Positions 1 through 9,257 of a DNA stretch of 64,000 nt are shown in pieces. Numbering within the stretch: position 1 is the stretch's first letter; each line of letters begins with the position of its first letter. This DNA is from an uncultured Phascolarctobacterium sp. Lineage in GTDB: Bacteria; Bacillota; Negativicutes; Acidaminococcales; Acidaminococcaceae. The stretch lies in assembly GCF_900544795.1 (NCBI RefSeq), contig NZ_UQWM01000001.1. One strand, given 5' to 3'. A program made the translations under genes and the position numbers. The notes under the pieces are model-generated. The model made no database searches. It had not been told where the DNA came from and saw nothing but the letters and a program-made list of their open reading frames with translations.

Positions 1-485
1 CTGAAATCCTGAATATTTTGGATCATTGCCGTATAGGTCCAATCATCGTTGATCTGACCGTTGACCCACAAACGGCTACGCAAGTCAGAATCATAACCCT
101 TGCCCTGGTTAGCTTTGGATTTTTGATTTACATAACGGGCACGGATCTCACCAGTGATCTTAACATTATCGGATTTTTTCTCGAGACCGGCTACGCGCAC
201 GCCCAAAGAATCCAGTTCGTCAGCAAATTCAGCAGCCAAACGGTCAACGTTAGCGCCTTTGGCCATAGCCTTAGCTACGATTTGGGCCATTTCATAACGG
301 GTCATCAAGCGATCGCCGCCAAAAGTACCGTTAGGATAACCGTCAACGATACCAGCTGCTGCCAGTTTGTTTACGGAATCATAAGCCCAATGACCTGCCG
401 GTACATCGGAGAAGGGGTTTGCAGCATAGGCAGAAGCAGTTACGCCCAAAGCCAGTGCCATTGCAAGTACTAAAGATTTTTTCAT
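1..485 (-). CDS. SLH-domain outer-membrane porin (OmpM/Mep45-like); N-terminal 161 codons, C-terminus lies outside the window
   Basis: Minus-strand reading gives MKKSL... signal peptide plus an SLH domain nearly identical to the N-terminus of the 2764..3981 paralog. RBS GAGGAGG precedes ATG at 485. The plus-strand ORF 18..473 is its antisense shadow. Confidence 0.8.
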   Translation of the reverse strand, partial: MKKSLVLAMALALGVTASAYAANPFSDVPAGHWAYDSVNKLAAAGIVDGYPNGTFGGDRLMTRYEMAQIVAKAMAKGANVDRLAAEFADELDSLGVRVAGLEKKSDNVKITGEIRARYVNQKSKANQGKGYDSDLRSRLWVNGQINDDWTYTAMIQNIQDF

Positions 486-897
486 GTTTGTTTCCTCCTC
501 GGAAAATTTATTAAGCTTAAGCGGATCATGGCTCAAATAAATAACTCCGAATTTCCTTCAGTGCGAGTTGCCTTGTTTCCTCTACCTGCAGAAATTCATC
601 GCATTATCTGTTTAAGCCAAAACTATAAGCTTTTATATATTCTAAGCATTAGTTTTATTTTTTGCAAGTTTAATTGCTATTTACTTATTTTAACTAAAAA
701 TTAGTAAATTCGTTATTTTATGTATTTTTATTTATTCTTTTTCGGCAATAAACTATTATTTTATTTCTTAAAATTGCATTATTTTAGCAAAAATTATTTT
801 ACTTATTTCCTGCTTAACGCTATAAAAACAGGACGTTGTGTATAACAAACTAATTATGTTAGAATAAATAAATCGTTAATATAAAGGAGGTCTTTCC

Positions 898-1290
898 ATG
901 AAAAAAGAGCTGCTTGCAGCAGGCATTATCCTGGCAGCATGCCTGCCTTCTATCAATACCGAAGCTTCAACTAACCGCATCCTTATATCCACTCCCCATA
1001 GTTATTCGCAAAACATCAGCAATTATACCAACATCACTCTGGGTATGGCTGGCAGGGAACGTAAAGAACAGGAAGCCTGGGATCGCGAAAAGAAACGACG
1101 CGGTAATGAGTACGAATCTGAAAAACAGGAGCGCCGTGACCGCGAACGTTGGGAACGCCAGGAAGAAAAGAAACGTGAACAGGACAAACGCCACCATAAA
1201 AAAAATAATAAACGTAAAAACAACAGTGATTTTGAGCGTCAGCGCAAATGGAAATTCGACCCTTCCCAGTCGGGCGGGCAAGGCGACTAA
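898..1290 (+). CDS. Small secreted ER/K-rich protein (signal peptide, then a highly charged Arg/Glu/Lys region); function unknown
   Basis: Strong RBS AAGGAGG 8 nt upstream of ATG. N-terminal hydrophobic signal sequence. Terminator hairpin immediately downstream. Confidence 0.6.
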   Translation: MKKELLAAGIILAACLPSINTEASTNRILISTPHSYSQNISNYTNITLGMAGRERKEQEAWDREKKRRGNEYESEKQERRDRERWERQEEKKREQDKRHHKKNNKRKNNSDFERQRKWKFDPSQSGGQGD

Positions 1291-1313
1291 AGCAATTCCG
1301 TGCAAAACAAAAA

Positions 1314-1346
1314 CAGCAGGTGAGATTTATCACCTGCTGTTTTTTA
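1314..1346. terminator. Bidirectional rho-independent terminator
   Basis: cagcaggtg-N8-cacctgctg hairpin followed by a T-run on plus and an A/T-run on minus. Sits between convergent genes. Confidence 0.7.
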
Positions 1347-1355
1347 GTAATGAAA

Positions 1356-1895
1356 TTATTTAAGCTGATTTACTTTCTTCAAATAGCTACGGACAGTTTT
1401 AGCGAATTCTTCGCTTTTCCAATCGCTGCGTACAGTCAAGGCTTCTTCTACTTCCGTGTCACCAGAATATTTTTTTACATAATATCTACCGGTAACTTTG
1501 TTTAAAAATGCAAACTGACCGCTCATATCCAGCTTTAAAGTAGGCTCGCGGCGAGGAAACAAAACTTTATCGTCCAGCTTGTCAAGCGACATGGCAATAA
1601 CGATATCCGACCCGGTCTCACGGGCAATACGCTCCAGATTTGCTTTGCTGAAATCAGAGATGTCCCTGGCGCCTACTGCTTTATCCACAACATCTTCCGC
1701 GACCATATCAAACTCAGGGAACTTAAACATATCCATGATCTCTTCCATGTAGATCATACTTGCGGTAGTGTTATCTTCCACATGGTTAGCCAAAGGTATC
1801 ACAGCCAATTTTGCAGCTTCAGCTTTACCTGCTGCCGGCAGCACAAAACAAATAGCCAAAACAGCCATTAGTACAAAATTCATAAATTTTTTCAT
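1356..1895 (-). CDS. Secreted protein of unknown function (paralog A of a tandem pair)
   Basis: 179 aa with N-terminal signal peptide (MKKFMNFVLMAVLAICFVLPAAGKAEA). About 45 percent identical to the 2099..2632 product. RBS GGAGG. Confidence 0.7.
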   Translation of the reverse strand: MKKFMNFVLMAVLAICFVLPAAGKAEAAKLAVIPLANHVEDNTTASMIYMEEIMDMFKFPEFDMVAEDVVDKAVGARDISDFSKANLERIARETGSDIVIAMSLDKLDDKVLFPRREPTLKLDMSGQFAFLNKVTGRYYVKKYSGDTEVEEALTVRSDWKSEEFAKTVRSYLKKVNQLK

Positions 1896-2050
1896 TAAAG
1901 AGCCTCCTCTATACCAGATTATATATCCACTCTGAACATCTTAGCATATTTTAACTGTAAAAAACAAGAGGAGATACAACTTTGCTTTTTTCACAAGTAC
2001 CATTGTTAATTTTTATCAATATCAGTTTAAGAATATAAACAATAAAAATA

Positions 2051-2076
2051 ACGCCGGTCTTAATGACCGGCGTTAT
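2051..2076 (-). terminator. Rho-independent terminator
   Basis: aacgccggtc-N5-gaccggcgtt hairpin with T-run on the minus strand, downstream of paralog B. Confidence 0.6.
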
Positions 2077-2098
2077 TTTATTAAAGCATTGCTTGTTT

Positions 2099-2632
2099 TC
2101 AGCGAACTTTCTTAAAAGCCTCACGTACTACCTTTTGCAGAACTTCGTGATCCCAGTCACTGCGAACAGTAACGGCTTCCTCTATGGTTCTACTATCGCG
2201 CAGGTCTTTGTAATAGTAATCACCGGTGATAACGTTTACAAAAGCAAATTTACCACGCAGGTCCATTTTCAAAGTTGCTTCTTTACGCTGCGGCATCCGC
2301 TTAGCATCCAGTTTATCCAGCTGCATGGCCACTACAATGTCAGCGCCGGTAACCTGAGCTACCCTCTCTAAAGCGGCTTTACTGTAATCAGCAAGGCCAT
2401 TTTCACTGCCGATAGCTTCCAGCACTACATCCTCACCCAAAAGGTCAAATTCAGGATAACGGAACAGCGCCAAAGCTTCCTGCATGTAAATTGTGCCGGC
2501 CACTTCGTCGCCGGCAACATGATTAGCCAGCGGCACAACGGCTACTTTAGCCGCTTCGGCCCTACCGCCTAACGGCAGAGCAAAGCAAATCGTTACTAAC
2601 GCCAAAAGCACATAATTAAAGAATTTTTTCAT
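2099..2632 (-). CDS. Secreted protein of unknown function (paralog B of a tandem pair)
   Basis: 177 aa, signal peptide, collinear similarity to the 1356..1895 product (AKxAVxPLANHV..., DIVxAMxLDKLD..., TVRSDW...). Confidence 0.7.
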   Translation of the reverse strand: MKKFFNYVLLALVTICFALPLGGRAEAAKVAVVPLANHVAGDEVAGTIYMQEALALFRYPEFDLLGEDVVLEAIGSENGLADYSKAALERVAQVTGADIVVAMQLDKLDAKRMPQRKEATLKMDLRGKFAFVNVITGDYYYKDLRDSRTIEEAVTVRSDWDHEVLQKVVREAFKKVR

Positions 2633-2710
2633 TATTTACCTCCTTCAGTAAAAAGCATCTGAAGATATCTTAACACATTTCCTAACAATCAAAAACTGTT
2701 TTGTTGAAAA

Positions 2711-2740
2711 AAGCGGCTGCCTAAGCAGCCGCTTTTAAAT
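2711..2740 (-). terminator. Rho-independent terminator downstream of porin paralog 2
   Basis: aaagcggctgc-N4-gcagccgcttt hairpin with T-run on the minus strand. Confidence 0.65.
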
Positions 2741-2763
2741 TTGCAATATCTAATTCAGTTAAA

Positions 2764-3981
2764 TTAGAAAGTGAAAGTCAAATCAGTCCAGATGATTTTA
2801 TCATCATCTTTGCTGTCAAGTTTATTCTCGGTATCATAATAAGCAACAGTACCAACAATATTTTTAGCAAAGGTGTAATTAACACCCACACCGTAGCCTT
2901 TGAAACCATCGTTATCAAAGGTGTTGGCATCAGTAGTATGTGCCAAGTAGGTTTGACCACCTTGGTTGTAGTAATTAGCCCAAATACCCCAGCTGTTAAC
3001 TTCAGCAGCTTCAGCGCCTTTATAAGCTAAGCCAAATACATAACCATCGTCATCAAGTTTAGCACCAGCAGAGCCAAACTCAGCGGCACCATCAGCGTCG
3101 CCTTTTAAATACATACCGGAAAGAGTAACATCACCGGCGGTATAGGTGAGACCAGCATGCCAGATAGCATTCTCTGCATCTTCGATATCGCCAATATCTT
3201 TAACATTAATGTAACCAGCGGCCAGATTCAGACCTTTAGCAAGATCAGCAGAAACTTCGCCACCTGCATAGTTGCCGAATGTTTCCTTAGCACCGTTCAA
3301 GGAACCCAAAGTACCATCAGTGCCTTTACCAACATAACCAGTTAATTTTACTTTGTCGCCATAGGAAACTTCGATACCGTCAGCACGGGTATCATAAACA
3401 TTTCCGTTAGCGAAGAAAGCATTATAACGACCAGCACGTACTGCAACACCACCGATTTTACCATCAACATAAGCACGTTGGAAATTAACATCTTCGTCGC
3501 CTTTGTCGGTTTTAAAGTCTTGGGTATTCTGCAACATGCCAGTATAAGACCAGTCATCGTTGACCTGTCCTTTTACCCAGATACGGGAACGCAGGTCATT
3601 AGTGTAACCGTTTTTATCGCTGTCAGTATAACGGAAACGAGCTTCACCAGTGATTTTAACATTGTCAGATTTTTTCTCCAAAGCTGCAACGCGAACGCCA
3701 AGGCTATCCAGTTCGTCAGCAAATTCAGCAGCCAAACGGTCAACGTTAGCGCCTTTTGCCATTGCTTTTGCTACGATTTGAGCCATTTCATAACGGGTCA
3801 TCAGACGGTCGCCACCGAAAGTAGCGTCGCCATAGCCGTCAACGATACCAGCTGCTGCCAGTTTGTTTACGGAATCATATGCCCAATGACCTGCCGGTAC
3901 ATCGGAGAAGGGGTTTGCAGCATAGGCAGAAGCAGTTACGCCCAAAGCCATAGCCATTGCTAATACTAAAGATTTTTTCAT
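2764..3981 (-). CDS. SLH-domain outer-membrane porin (OmpM/Mep45-like), full length
   Basis: Signal peptide MKKSLVLAMAMALGVTASAYA, SLH domain (FSDVPAGHWAYDSVNKLAAAGIVDGY), Gly/Tyr-rich beta-barrel region ending TDLTFTF. The true start is the internal ATG with RBS GGAGGAAATAACA; the tracked ORF is extended upstream. Confidence 0.85.
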   Translation of the reverse strand: MKKSLVLAMAMALGVTASAYAANPFSDVPAGHWAYDSVNKLAAAGIVDGYGDATFGGDRLMTRYEMAQIVAKAMAKGANVDRLAAEFADELDSLGVRVAALEKKSDNVKITGEARFRYTDSDKNGYTNDLRSRIWVKGQVNDDWSYTGMLQNTQDFKTDKGDEDVNFQRAYVDGKIGGVAVRAGRYNAFFANGNVYDTRADGIEVSYGDKVKLTGYVGKGTDGTLGSLNGAKETFGNYAGGEVSADLAKGLNLAAGYINVKDIGDIEDAENAIWHAGLTYTAGDVTLSGMYLKGDADGAAEFGSAGAKLDDDGYVFGLAYKGAEAAEVNSWGIWANYYNQGGQTYLAHTTDANTFDNDGFKGYGVGVNYTFAKNIVGTVAYYDTENKLDSKDDDKIIWTDLTFTF

Positions 3982-4551
3982 TGTTATTTCCTCCTTCGGA
4001 AATGTTTTATTTTTATAAAACATTCCGGAAAGGAATCTGCACGCTTCAGTGTGCTTCATGCGAGTTACCTAGTTTCCTCTACTCAGCGCACTATTTTGTT
4101 TAGAAGCCTTCCCCAACGCATTATAAACAGTTATAGAACAGATATAATATAATTGTTTTCCAATATATATTCCCCTGTTTGTGGATATTTTACATTATTT
4201 TCAGAATTATTGCAAGCTATTTCGTAAATTTTATTACTTTAACTGATATTTATCTATATTTTCTAATAATTCATTAGTTTTCACGAGTGCTGCCTGCGGC
4301 TATTTTACAGGCAAAATCTATTTTTACAGACGTCCCTTTTATAAGTTACTTATTAAAGGCTGCCGAAGCGCATACCAAAGCTATTTTCAACATATTTAAA
4401 AAGTTTATAAACCTAATTTGTGCAGCGTTAAAATGGTAAACAAGGTAAACTATAAATACAGAAAATTATCTGCAGCAGCTAGAAAAATCAAAACTTTTTC
4501 GCCTGCCGCAAATACCTGTAGCAACAACCTTTTTAGAAGGAGGGATATTGT

Positions 4552-6297
4552 ATGAAAAAGCAAGAATTATCATGGAAGGCCGGCGGCCAGCAGGGCGAGG
4601 GCCTGGAGAGCCTGGGCGAGATTTTCGCCGCAGCTTTATGCTCTTTGGGCTATGACGTGTATGGTTACCGTCAGTTTTCGTCCCGGATCAAGGGCGGCCA
4701 CACCAGCTACAAGCTGCGCATAGCCAACCACCCTGTCGCCACTATCGCCACCGGCTGCAACCTGCTGATAGCGATGGACCCCGACACACTGGAGGTGGAT
4801 GCGCCTGAACTGACGGCTGAAGGCATTTTAGTTACCGATGCTGCCTGGCTGGAAGGTAAAAACCCAAAGGTACGCACTGTTGCTCTATCCTGGAACGAAC
4901 TGAGCAAAGCAGACGGTACAACACTGCCGAAAAACATTCTGGCTTTAGGCATCACCGCCGCTTTACTGGGCATCGATACTGCCAAACTGCTGCCGCTGCT
5001 GGAGAAGCAATACGGACGCAAAGGCGCAGAGGTAATGGCAATCAATCGTCTGGCTTTAGAAACAGGCCACGATTATATCAAGAACAACTATGCCGACCTG
5101 CTGGGCACTTTTACTATGCCGGAGTTGGAAAACCCTCAGCCGAAGCTGTTTATGCTGGGCAACGAGGCGATCGCACTGGGTGCTTTGACGGCGGGGGCAA
5201 AATTTATGTCGGCCTACCCGATAACTCCCTCTTCGGAAATAATGGAATATATGGTAAAATACGCGCCTGACGAAGGCGGCGTGATGCTGCAAACAGAGGA
5301 CGAGATAGCAGCCTGTACGATGGCTATTGGTGCCGCCTACGCTGGCGCCCGTGCTTTTACAGCAACGGCAGGGCCTGGTTTATCGCTGATGGCGGAAGCT
5401 ATTGGCCTGGCAGAAATGACCGAAACGCCGCTGGTGCTTGTTGATACGCAGCGGGGCGGCCCCAGCACAGGCCTGCCGACCAAGCATGAACAATCAGATC
5501 TAATGGCTGCTATTTACAACACTCACGGCGATACGGGCAAGATCGTACTGTCACCTTCTTCTATTGAAGAAGCGTTTTACTACACTTTCGAGGCCTTCAA
5601 TCTGGCTGAAGAATACCAATGCCCTGTTATCGTGCTGTCCGACCTGCAGCTTTCCTTAGGCAAGCAGTCGGTCACCAGCCTTGATTACGACAAGCTGCAG
5701 ATCCGTCGCGGCAAGTTGATCAAAGAAGGGTTGCCGGAGATCAAATCGCCGGAATATTTTAAACGCTACGACCTGAACGCCGAAGACAATATTTCGCTGC
5801 GCGCCCTCCCGGGCACGCCTAACGGCATTAGCCTGGGTACAGGCCTGGAGCACGACGAAGTGGGCCGGCCTTCGGAAAACAAGGCCATGCGCACAAACCA
5901 AACAAACAAACGTCTGCGCAAAATGCGTGGCGTTATAGATACTTTTGACCAACCGCTGTACGAGGACGCTCCCTATCCGCAAAGCGACCTGCTGATCATT
6001 GGCATGGCAGGCACCAGGGCTGTTATCAGCGAAGTGGCTGACGAGCTGCGCGAAAAAGGCCTGCGGGTCAACCATGTGCAGATGCGTCTGCTGTCGCCTT
6101 TCCCGGTCTGCGCACTCAACCATTATTTGCAGGAAGCAAAAAAAATCGTCGTCGTCGAGCACAACGCTACAGCGCAGCTGGCACGGTTGATTAAAATGAA
6201 TATGCCGCCTTGCCCGGAACTACACTCTATTTTGAAATACAACGGCGATATTTTCTACAAAGAAGAATTGCTGGCCAAATGCAAGGAGGTGCTCTAA
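4552..6297 (+). CDS. korA: 2-oxoacid:ferredoxin oxidoreductase alpha subunit (fused gamma-alpha, KorA-like)
   Basis: 581 aa. N-terminal PorG-like domain then TPP/pyrimidine-binding alpha domain (LGNEAIALGALTAGAKFMSAYPITPSSEI). Same size and layout as Bacillus KorA. RBS AGAAGGAGGG. Confidence 0.85.
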   Translation: MKKQELSWKAGGQQGEGLESLGEIFAAALCSLGYDVYGYRQFSSRIKGGHTSYKLRIANHPVATIATGCNLLIAMDPDTLEVDAPELTAEGILVTDAAWLEGKNPKVRTVALSWNELSKADGTTLPKNILALGITAALLGIDTAKLLPLLEKQYGRKGAEVMAINRLALETGHDYIKNNYADLLGTFTMPELENPQPKLFMLGNEAIALGALTAGAKFMSAYPITPSSEIMEYMVKYAPDEGGVMLQTEDEIAACTMAIGAAYAGARAFTATAGPGLSLMAEAIGLAEMTETPLVLVDTQRGGPSTGLPTKHEQSDLMAAIYNTHGDTGKIVLSPSSIEEAFYYTFEAFNLAEEYQCPVIVLSDLQLSLGKQSVTSLDYDKLQIRRGKLIKEGLPEIKSPEYFKRYDLNAEDNISLRALPGTPNGISLGTGLEHDEVGRPSENKAMRTNQTNKRLRKMRGVIDTFDQPLYEDAPYPQSDLLIIGMAGTRAVISEVADELREKGLRVNHVQMRLLSPFPVCALNHYLQEAKKIVVVEHNATAQLARLIKMNMPPCPELHSILKYNGDIFYKEELLAKCKEVL

Positions 6298-6298
6298 G

Positions 6299-7159
6299 AT
6301 GTCGACCTTAGCTAGTTTCCAAAATCAAGTCAAACCTAACTGGTGCCCAGGCTGCGGCGATTATGCCGTACAAATGGCTTTGCAGCAGGCAGCGGTAAAA
6401 TTAAATCTGGAGCCCCATCAGCTGGCGCTGGTTTCCGGCATTGGCTGCAGCGGCCGCATGGGCGGTTATTTGTACGCTTACGGCATGCACACTACCCACG
6501 GCAGGGCACTGCCCTTCGCCCAGGGTGTTAAGCTGGCCAACCCCGATCTGACCGTTATTGCCTGCGGCGGTGACGGCGACGGTTTTGCCATTGGCACAGC
6601 GCACACTATCCACGCTATGCGCCGCAATGTCAATATAACTTATATCCTGATGGACAACCATGTTTACGGCCTGACCAAGGGCCAGACCTCGCCCCGCAGC
6701 GACGTGGGCTTTAAAACCAAAACTACGCCGACGGGCAATATCGAAACCCCGATCGCTGCTTTGGAATTGGCGCTGGCTTCCGGCGCGTCCTTTGTAGCAC
6801 AGGGCTTTTCGGCCCAGCTGCCGCAGCTGGTCGATCTGATCGTAGCCGCTGTCAAACACGAAGGTTTCTCTTTCGTCAATGTGTTCAGCCCCTGCGTAAC
6901 CTTTAACCATACCAACACTTATGAATGGTTCCGCGAGCATCTGAGCGATGTCAAAGATATCGCCGGCTACGACCCCCATAACAAGGGGCTCGCCGCCCAG
7001 CACATTATGGAGCATGAAGGCATGCTGACCGGACTGATCTACGAAAACGACAGACAGTCGTACGAACAGGCCAGCGGGCTGGCAGCTGCCAACACTATTA
7101 AAAATGTTGAAAAGATGCCCCGAGCCAATTTTGAAAAACTGCTGGAAGGTTTTAAATAA
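6299..7159 (+). CDS. korB: 2-oxoacid:ferredoxin oxidoreductase beta subunit (TPP-binding, KorB-like)
   Basis: 286 aa. CPGCGDY and GIGCSGR motifs and GDGD TPP motif. Translationally coupled to korA (TAAGATG). Confidence 0.85.
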   Translation: MSTLASFQNQVKPNWCPGCGDYAVQMALQQAAVKLNLEPHQLALVSGIGCSGRMGGYLYAYGMHTTHGRALPFAQGVKLANPDLTVIACGGDGDGFAIGTAHTIHAMRRNVNITYILMDNHVYGLTKGQTSPRSDVGFKTKTTPTGNIETPIAALELALASGASFVAQGFSAQLPQLVDLIVAAVKHEGFSFVNVFSPCVTFNHTNTYEWFREHLSDVKDIAGYDPHNKGLAAQHIMEHEGMLTGLIYENDRQSYEQASGLAAANTIKNVEKMPRANFEKLLEGFK

Positions 7160-7171
7160 TGTATTAAAGCA

Positions 7172-7197
7172 AAAAGCCACCCGAACGGGTGGTTTTT
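7172..7197 (+). terminator. Rho-independent terminator after korB
   Basis: agccacccg-aac-gggtggtt hairpin followed by TTTTTT. Confidence 0.7.
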
Positions 7198-7213
7198 TGC
7201 TTTGTAATATTTA

Positions 7214-7271
7214 TTTTAAAATTACTACGTTTGCAGTAATAATTTTAAAACTACTACATTTGTAGTAATAA
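7214..7271. promoter_or_regulatory. Two tandem 29-bp direct repeats, each with an internal inverted repeat (TACTACG/A TTTG C/T AGTA); putative autoregulatory operator overlapping the mntA-hepT promoter
   Basis: ttttaaaattactacgtttgcagtaataa followed by ttttaaaactactacatttgtagtaataa, then a TATAAT-like box at 7275..7280. Confidence 0.55.
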
Positions 7272-7308
7272 TGTTATAATAAAGTAAATTTGGCGGCAGG
7301 TGATGAAG

Positions 7309-7599
7309 ATGCAATACGGTTTAAATGACAAAATCATAATGGCCATCAAAGACCTGGCACAAAGGTACGCGCTGCACAAAGTCATTCTTTTCGGCTCGCG
7401 CGCAAGGGGCGATAACAGGGAACGCAGCGACATTGATTTAGCCGTCAGCGGCGGTAATACCACTGTTTTTGCCATTGAAGCAGAAACCGAGATCCCCACC
7501 TTGCTGCAGCTGGACATTGTAGACCTTAACAAACCTGTACAGGAAGAATTGCTGCAGGCCATAGCCAACGAGGGAGTTACGCTTTATGAAAAAATTTGA
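7309..7599 (+). CDS. mntA: Nucleotidyltransferase-domain antitoxin (MntA-type, Pol-beta superfamily)
   Basis: GSRARGD...SDIDL nucleotidyltransferase motif. About 97 aa. Overlaps the downstream HepT gene by 14 nt. Start taken at the ATG with RBS AGGTGA. Confidence 0.8.
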   Translation: MQYGLNDKIIMAIKDLAQRYALHKVILFGSRARGDNRERSDIDLAVSGGNTTVFAIEAETEIPTLLQLDIVDLNKPVQEELLQAIANEGVTLYEKI

Positions 7600-7975
7600 A
7601 AATTTCTGCAGGGCTTTAGCCAATCTTGAAAAAACTACCGGATATGCACAGCCTTATGACACCGTTGTTCTGACGGGCATGGCAGCTTTATATGAAATAT
7701 GCTTTGAGCAGTCGTGGAAAGCCATGAAAGAACTTTTAGAACAGCAGGGTTTTGCTGAAAACAAAACAGGTTCGCCAAGGCAGGTTTTAAAAACCGCTTA
7801 CCAGTCGGGCATGATAGACGATGAAGAATTGTGGCTGCAGGCTTTACAGGCGCGCAACAATGTTGCCCACGCTTATAACGAAGCCATAGCATTGAACATA
7901 GTCAAAGAAACACAGGAAACTTACATTGCCATGTTCCAAAAATTAAAAACCGTTTTAGAAGAAAACTGGTTATAA
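7586..7975 (+). CDS. hepT: HepT-family toxin (HI0074-type nucleotidyltransferase substrate-binding protein)
   Basis: 129 aa with the R-x4-H-x-Y motif (RNNVAHAY). Partner of the upstream MntA gene. Confidence 0.8.
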   Translation: MKKFENFCRALANLEKTTGYAQPYDTVVLTGMAALYEICFEQSWKAMKELLEQQGFAENKTGSPRQVLKTAYQSGMIDDEELWLQALQARNNVAHAYNEAIALNIVKETQETYIAMFQKLKTVLEENWL

Positions 7976-7983
7976 AAATCAAT

Positions 7984-8008
7984 AACGCCGGGCCATTGGC
8001 CCGGCGTT
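7984..8008. terminator. Bidirectional terminator between hepT and gltS
   Basis: aacgccgggcc-attg-gcccggcgtt hairpin flanked by A and T runs. Confidence 0.65.
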
Positions 8009-8021
8009 ATTCTTATTGGCT

Positions 8022-9215
8022 TTAAAACATATTCAAAAACAGGGTTATAACAAAAGCATTGATAAAGTCGATGAACAGGCTGCCAACCAAAGGTACAATA
8101 AAATAGGCCTTGGGGGCAGGTCCGTAACGGGCGACGATAGCGTTCATATTGGCCATGGCGTTAGGCGTAGCGCCCATACCAAAACCACAACCGGCAGCCG
8201 TGATAACAGCCGCTTCGTAGTCGCGACCCATGGCGTTAAAAATAAGAAAGCGGGCAAAAAGTGCCATCAAGGCCGTCTGCGCCAGCAGCATCACTACCAG
8301 CGGCAAAGCCAGCTCGCTTAGCTGCCACAGCTTTAGTCCCATCAACGCCATCGAAAGGAAGATGGACAGGGCCACGCTGCCCATAACGTCGATTTCTTTA
8401 GAAAAAACTTCGTATTTACCGGTCAGGTCAGCCAGGTTACGAATAATGGCTGCCGCCAACATCGCACCGATATAGGGCGGAAAAGTGACGCCCAAAGATG
8501 TGATCCAGCCGGTGATCCACGAACCGATACCCATGGCGATCAGCAGCTGGCCAATGCCGAACAAGAAATATTCTTTATCGACAGCGTAGGCTTCTTTACC
8601 GACGACAGTGGTTTTATGCACCGGTTCCTGGACACATTCAAAACAAAATAAATTATCTTTGTCGATGAGATAACGGGCAATAGGACCGCCAATAACACTG
8701 CCCATAACAAGGCCGAAGGTGGCCGCCGCAATAGCTACGGTAGCGGCACCCTGCGCACCCATTTCTTCGAGCAGCGGCCCGAAGGAACCGGCAGTGCCGT
8801 GCCCGCCGACCATAGGGATAGATCCTGTAGCCATGCCGATAAGCGGCCCCAGGTCAAAAACTTTGGCCAGGCCGATACCGAGCAGGTTTTGCAACACGAT
8901 GAGCAGTCCGCAGATCAGCACCAGCTTAAAAACGCTGAGGCCGCCTTCTTTAAGCATACGCAGGCTGGCCGTATAACCGATGCTGGTAAAAAACATGGTC
9001 ATAAAAAATCCCTGCAGCGAGGTATCCATTTCCAACTGCCAAAAGCCGCCCGTGGTCATGACCAGATTGAGCAGTGAAAAAAGCACGCCGCCGATGACCG
9101 GCGCCGGGATGCAATATTGGTCAAAAACATTGAACCTGCGCTTCAAGCGCAGGCCAATATAGTAAACGACTACAGCTACGGCAGTCATTTGGTACATATC
9201 CAAATCAATATTCAT
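8022..9215 (-). CDS. gltS: Sodium/glutamate symporter GltS
   Basis: 397 aa polytopic membrane protein collinear with the GltS family (Gly-rich re-entrant loops GGHGTAGSFGP). Confidence 0.8.
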   Translation of the reverse strand: MNIDLDMYQMTAVAVVVYYIGLRLKRRFNVFDQYCIPAPVIGGVLFSLLNLVMTTGGFWQLEMDTSLQGFFMTMFFTSIGYTASLRMLKEGGLSVFKLVLICGLLIVLQNLLGIGLAKVFDLGPLIGMATGSIPMVGGHGTAGSFGPLLEEMGAQGAATVAIAAATFGLVMGSVIGGPIARYLIDKDNLFCFECVQEPVHKTTVVGKEAYAVDKEYFLFGIGQLLIAMGIGSWITGWITSLGVTFPPYIGAMLAAAIIRNLADLTGKYEVFSKEIDVMGSVALSIFLSMALMGLKLWQLSELALPLVVMLLAQTALMALFARFLIFNAMGRDYEAAVITAAGCGFGMGATPNAMANMNAIVARYGPAPKAYFIVPLVGSLFIDFINAFVITLFLNMF

Positions 9216-9257
9216 CAGGTATCACGATCCTTATTAGATGTTCCACCCGCTTACCCA

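Noticed and set aside
18-473. 151-aa plus-strand ORF
   Set aside because: Antisense shadow of the SLH-porin gene on the minus strand. Its protein is near-identical to the plus ORF 3478..3963, which is likewise antisense to porin paralog 2.
914-1505. Multiple overlapping ORFs in other frames around the ER/K-rich gene
   Set aside because: Products of the low-complexity purine-rich repeat. Only the 898..1290 frame has an RBS and a signal peptide.
6401-7180. 259-aa minus-strand ORF
   Set aside because: Antisense to korB, which has clear TPP-binding motifs.
7214-7271. Possible CRISPR-like repeat
   Set aside because: Only two adjacent units with no spacers. They are palindromic and overlap a promoter, which fits an operator better.
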